From positions 128,001 through 192,000 of the forward strand of contig JBEKDT010000005.1 in assembly GCA_050014195.1 (NCBI GenBank): a stretch of DNA of 64,000 nucleotides, given 5' to 3'. Under the pieces are notes generated by a model, which saw only the letters and a program-made list of their open reading frames with translations, was not told the DNA's origin and made no database searches. Below, piece after piece: positions 60,203-64,000 of this stretch; positions within the stretch are counted from its first letter, which is position 1, and each line of letters begins with the position of its first letter. The DNA is from Desulfomonilia bacterium (GTDB lineage Bacteria; Desulfobacterota; Desulfomonilia; UBA1062). A program made the position numbers and the translations under genes.

Positions 60203-61117
60203 ATGGAGAAAAACAGAAAGATCCGGAAGGTCATCAAGAGCAAACCCACTATCGAGGGAGCCGGTGTCCACTTGAAGCGGGCATTCGCCTTCAGTGAGGT
60301 GCCTGCATTTGATCCGTTCCTGCTCCTCGATGATTTTCGTTCAAGGGACCCCCGGTATTACCTCAAGGGCTTCCCCTGGCATCCGCACCGCGGAATCGAG
60401 ACCATCACCTATATCCTTCATGGAAGTGTCGAACACGGGGACAGCATGGGAAACAAAGGCGTTATCAGCCCCGGGGATGTGCAATGGATGACGGCCGGCA
60501 GCGGTATCATCCATCAGGAGATGCCGAAGGGGGATAAAACAGGCCGCATGGGAGGGTTCCAGTTGTGGGCCAATCTCCCGGCCTCACACAAGATGATGGA
60601 CCCCCGTTATCGTGACGTAAAAAGCGAGCAGATCCCTGAGATCTCCATGTTAGGCGGCGTAACGATCAGGATCATATGCGGCAAAGTCGAAGGGGTTAAA
60701 GGCCCTGTCCAAGACATCGTCACCGATCCGGAATACCTTGATCTCTCTGTCCCTGCAGACACGGAGTTCATTCACCCGACCAAACCAGGGCACACGGTCT
60801 TCGCATATATCATCGAGGGCAAGGCAAGGTTCTGCAAGGAGAAAAACCCGTTCACCTACGAGGTCGAGGGGGCAAACTATTTCGACATCCAGAGGGACCC
60901 TTTTGCGACTGACGAGAATCTTGTCCTGTTTGGTGACGGGGAACAGATCGTCGTTTCTACCGAAGATGATCCTGTCCGCTTTCTCCTCATGTCCGGAAAA
61001 CCCATCAATGAACCGGTCGCATGGTACGGTCCTATTGTAATGAACACACAACAGGAATTGGAGGTCGCCTTCGAGGAGTACAACAACGGCACATTCATCA
61101 AGCACAGGAATGCGTGA
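60203..61117 (+). CDS. Pirin-family protein
   Basis: DPFLLLD, HPHRGIET, QWMTAGSGIIHQE, QLWANLP, GPIVMNT. Confidence 0.94.
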   Translation: MEKNRKIRKVIKSKPTIEGAGVHLKRAFAFSEVPAFDPFLLLDDFRSRDPRYYLKGFPWHPHRGIETITYILHGSVEHGDSMGNKGVISPGDVQWMTAGSGIIHQEMPKGDKTGRMGGFQLWANLPASHKMMDPRYRDVKSEQIPEISMLGGVTIRIICGKVEGVKGPVQDIVTDPEYLDLSVPADTEFIHPTKPGHTVFAYIIEGKARFCKEKNPFTYEVEGANYFDIQRDPFATDENLVLFGDGEQIVVSTEDDPVRFLLMSGKPINEPVAWYGPIVMNTQQELEVAFEEYNNGTFIKHRNA

Positions 61118-61183
61118 TCCCCTTCGAGGAATCATTCAATCGACGAATCGGCATGAGAGACATCTGCCCGCTCACATGAGATA

Positions 61184-61678
61184 TTACCCGACCCTCATCT
61201 CATACCGCACGACATAGTGCCTTCCCACCTGGCGAAAACTGTGGCGGATGAAGCCTGCGGATTCATACAGAGCGCAGAGCTTTGCCCGGCTTGCCTCCGT
61301 ATCGAGGCGCAGAAACTTCATACCTTCCTTATGGGCCTTCTCTCCGGCCCACGCGATGATCCGCCTTCCCAATCCCCTGCCTGCCGCGGAACTTTTCAGG
61401 GTTATCTTATGGATGTAAGCCGCATCGCCTTCCGGCATGTCGGGCCAGTAGAGCCTGTCATGGAGCTGAAAGATCGCGGTACCGACAGGCCGGCCCTGCA
61501 TCATTACCAGATAGAGCTCGCCTGCATCGATTGATCCTTTAAGCCTCTCTACCGTGAGCTCCTCGGGGAACCAGAGGGTTTGCCCCTGCTCCTTGAGCCG
61601 GAGGGCAGCCTCACACATAATGGAAGAGGCGGACCCGGCATCCTCAGAACCTGCCCGGACGATATCGATATCCATCAT
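61184..61678 (-). CDS. GNAT-family N-acetyltransferase
   Basis: GRGLG acetyl-CoA motif, LRLD, LYESAGF. Confidence 0.88.
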   Translation of the reverse strand: MMDIDIVRAGSEDAGSASSIMCEAALRLKEQGQTLWFPEELTVERLKGSIDAGELYLVMMQGRPVGTAIFQLHDRLYWPDMPEGDAAYIHKITLKSSAAGRGLGRRIIAWAGEKAHKEGMKFLRLDTEASRAKLCALYESAGFIRHSFRQVGRHYVVRYEMRVG

Positions 61679-61744
61679 TATTACCTCGTTCGTAGGTGTT
61701 CTTTATATATCAATGGGGTAGTATACACATTCATCAACTGGTTT

Positions 61745-61787
61745 AGATTGCCACGTCGGGAATCTTTTGTTTCCTCTTCGCAATGAC
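61745..61787. repeat. Right half of the GTCATTGCGAG palindromic element (no insert)
   Basis: AGATTGCCACGTCG...TCGCAATGAC. Confidence 0.7.
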
Positions 61788-61822
61788 TTTATATACTAAT
61801 TCGTTGTCATGGAGGAACGGGT

Positions 61823-62248
61823 TTACAGGTCATCCGAAGAGGTCGTTCGCCGCATACCCTTCTTCGCAGCCATCCTGTGCTTCGATTCCAGGCGCTGGAT
61901 CCTAGATGATGAACTGGGCCGTGTCCTGATCCTTGGCCTGGGTTTTCTGACGGCCTCTGTGATGATCTCCTGCAGGCGTTCACGGGCATCAACGCGGTTG
62001 CGCTCCTGGGACCTGAAGCGCTGGGCCCTGATGATGAGCACCCCCTCCGCAGTCATGCGTCTGCCTGCAATCCTCTTCAAGCGGCCTTTTACATCCGGTG
62101 GGAGTGATGCAGAGCCAGCGACATCAAACCTGAGCTGGACCGCGGTTGCGACCTTGTTCACATTCTGGCCGCCGGGCCCGCTTGAGCGCACGAATTCCCA
62201 GCTCAGCTCATCTTCTTCAATGATAATGTCGCTGCCTATCCGTATCAT
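61823..62248 (-). CDS. arfB: Alternative ribosome-rescue factor ArfB (YaeJ)
   Basis: RSSGPGGQNVNKV, RSQ--NR, basic C-terminal tail. Confidence 0.93.
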   Translation of the reverse strand: MIRIGSDIIIEEDELSWEFVRSSGPGGQNVNKVATAVQLRFDVAGSASLPPDVKGRLKRIAGRRMTAEGVLIIRAQRFRSQERNRVDARERLQEIITEAVRKPRPRIRTRPSSSSRIQRLESKHRMAAKKGMRRTTSSDDL

Positions 62249-62317
62249 AGATATGAAATGCCGGGGCCATAAGAAGATCCCCGGCATGATACCCCAGGGC
62301 ATCCCCCCGGGAATTTT

Positions 62318-63076
62318 CTACATCATGGACATCACGAACTCGATTGCTCCCCTCACATCCTTGTCAAAGAAACACTTGAAGCCTTCCTTCCAGTTCTCTT
62401 CGGCCAGCCTCTTCCTGATCCGGTCTGCAGTGGGTTTCTTCAACCCTTCCTTCAGCTTGATGAATGCCCTGCCCGGGTTGTCGATCCACTTTTTCACGAT
62501 CTCCTTTGCCCTTCCGATGAGGTCCGCCTCCTCCACTATCTCATCCACAATGCCTAATTCCTTGGCACTGTTGATATCGAGCATCCTGCCGAAGTACATC
62601 AGATCGCGGAACTTCTTGTTGCTTTCATACCCGAACTGCATGATCTCGGACTGGGCTATGGTAAGCGCCAGTCCCAGCTTGATCTCGGACATGCCGATGG
62701 AGATCTTGGGGTGGTTCTTGACAATACGGTAGTCGCTTGCCATGGCAAAGATCAGTCCGCCTGCAATGGCATGGCCGTTCAAGGCGGAAACCACCGGTTT
62801 ACGGCACTCGAAAAGCGCAAGAAGGATCTCTTCTCCTTCATCAAAGAAGTCACCGATCTCTTTGACATCCTTGAACCCCATGAACATGGGGAGGTCGAAC
62901 CCGCTGCTGAAGGTCCTTCCCGCACCGGTGAGGACAATTCCCTTGACGGCATCGTCTTCGTTGGCCTTCTTTACGATATCACTCAATTTTCGAAGTATCT
63001 CCAGGGTAAGGGAGTTGGTCTTCCCATGTTCGAACGTGGCGATGATGATCCCGTCTTCGAGCTTCTCGTTCAGCAT
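62318..63076 (-). CDS. Enoyl-CoA hydratase/isomerase family protein
   Basis: FSSGFDL, KPVVSALNGHAIAGG, E--LG. Confidence 0.9.
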   Translation of the reverse strand: MLNEKLEDGIIIATFEHGKTNSLTLEILRKLSDIVKKANEDDAVKGIVLTGAGRTFSSGFDLPMFMGFKDVKEIGDFFDEGEEILLALFECRKPVVSALNGHAIAGGLIFAMASDYRIVKNHPKISIGMSEIKLGLALTIAQSEIMQFGYESNKKFRDLMYFGRMLDINSAKELGIVDEIVEEADLIGRAKEIVKKWIDNPGRAFIKLKEGLKKPTADRIRKRLAEENWKEGFKCFFDKDVRGAIEFVMSMM

Positions 63077-63185
63077 ACTATTATATCCTCCTGCTCTGTA
63101 AATATAATGCAACCCTGATTCGAGGTTGCCCCTGTGATATAGCGCATTTTAGCCCTGATGTCATGGAGCAATCGGGAGGTAGCGG

Positions 63186-64000
63186 CTACCCGGCGATAAG
63201 AACCCTCTTCAGGTAGGCCTTCGCATAAAAGAAGGTAAAAAGGGCGGCCCCCCAGTTGATGAGAAAGATACCCGTCCAGATGCCGGTAAGCCCCATGCCC
63301 ATCAGTTTTGAAAAGAAGGGGAACACCACCACGGGCAGGGCGATCTGCCTTATGACCCCGATATAAAGGCCATACGCCGGTTTCTTTACCCCTTGAAGCA
63401 CTGAAACGTTCACATAGAGGATCACATAGGCATAGAGGATAAATGCTGAAATGCGAAGGTACAAGGTGCCGATGGCTATCACCTGTTTATCGGCTGAGAA
63501 AAGGCCCATGAGGGATCCGGCAAAAATCAGCAGCAGCATAGTGCCGAACGCCATGAAGACCCCCCCATACGTGAGCGCAGTACTTACCGTCTCGAAAATC
63601 CTCTTGTACAGACGCGCCCCGTTGCTGTGTGCCACGAGTGTTACGGTGGCGATGCTCAGGCCGATCGTGGGCATGAGTATGATCTGCTCAACCCTCGTTG
63701 CTATCCCATAAGCCGCCACAGCCTCCTTGCCGAAGATACTGATGAAGTAGGTTATCACGAACACACCCACACCCACGGTGATGGAATTCAGGCTCGTGGG
63801 GAATCCCTGCCTGGCTATCTCGCCGAAGGCTTCCGGCCTGGGAATGATTTCGCTGAAGCATCTCTCGCATGTGAGCTTGGTATGCGACACCTTATACCCC
63901 AAATAGAAATTCCCGAGCATCTGCACAAACACCGTTGCCAGGGCGACTCCCATGACCCCCATGGCCGGAACACCCAGGCCTCCGTATATGAACCACGGGT
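63186..64000 (-). CDS. MATE-family efflux transporter, C-terminal part (5' end outside window)
   Basis: P-MGV-G-A-AT, FG--AVAAYG, GA--Y-R, G--GIW. Confidence 0.88.
   Translation of the reverse strand, partial: PWFIYGGLGVPAMGVMGVALATVFVQMLGNFYLGYKVSHTKLTCERCFSEIIPRPEAFGEIARQGFPTSLNSITVGVGVFVITYFISIFGKEAVAAYGIATRVEQIILMPTIGLSIATVTLVAHSNGARLYKRIFETVSTALTYGGVFMAFGTMLLLIFAGSLMGLFSADKQVIAIGTLYLRISAFILYAYVILYVNVSVLQGVKKPAYGLYIGVIRQIALPVVVFPFFSKLMGMGLTGIWTGIFLINWGAALFTFFYAKAYLKRVLIAG

Noticed and set aside
61809-62732. 307-aa plus-strand ORF and other long antisense ORFs (e.g. 138-998, 39166-40071, 52657-53499)
   Set aside because: Shadow frames of well-supported genes on the opposite strand

Overview
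Window from a probable anaerobic Deltaproteobacterium (Desulfobacterota-like), inferred from gene content: the alternative heme pathway gene ahbC, an MglA GTPase, a DUF4388 protein and a sigma54 regulator. Bases 1-31.2 kb are mostly core genome: leuS-lptE-like-holA, rpsT, a dpp/opp ATPase pair, recJ, nfeD, a uracil-DNA glycosylase, coaBC, murJ and a sirC-ccsA-hemA-hemC-cobA/hemD-ahbC operon. Three notable items sit in this part. (i) A TPR-MglA-membrane TPR-DUF4388 operon has no mglB, and its MglA carries Ser at the Gly21 P-loop position. (ii) A sigma54 promoter drives a 41-aa ORF plus a doubly degenerate GAF-GGDEF-HD-GYP protein that keeps its c-di-GMP I-site. (iii) An exported DUF1573/Ig-like gene is split by an in-frame UGA in a Cys-UGA-Gly context with a SECIS-like hairpin, making it a candidate selenoprotein. 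Bases 31.2-64 kb are accessory-rich. They hold an ald/amidohydrolase/aminotransferase/SCP2/permease/TetR catabolic cluster, tandem chemoreceptors with near-identical signalling halves, and three families of short palindromic repeats. They also hold a 149-bp gene-end duplication, an integrase-less integron cassette array with two clear attC sites cut by an IS481-like end, and two toxin-antitoxin pairs. No rRNA, tRNA or CRISPR array was seen. All calls come from motif reading by eye; no database searches were run.
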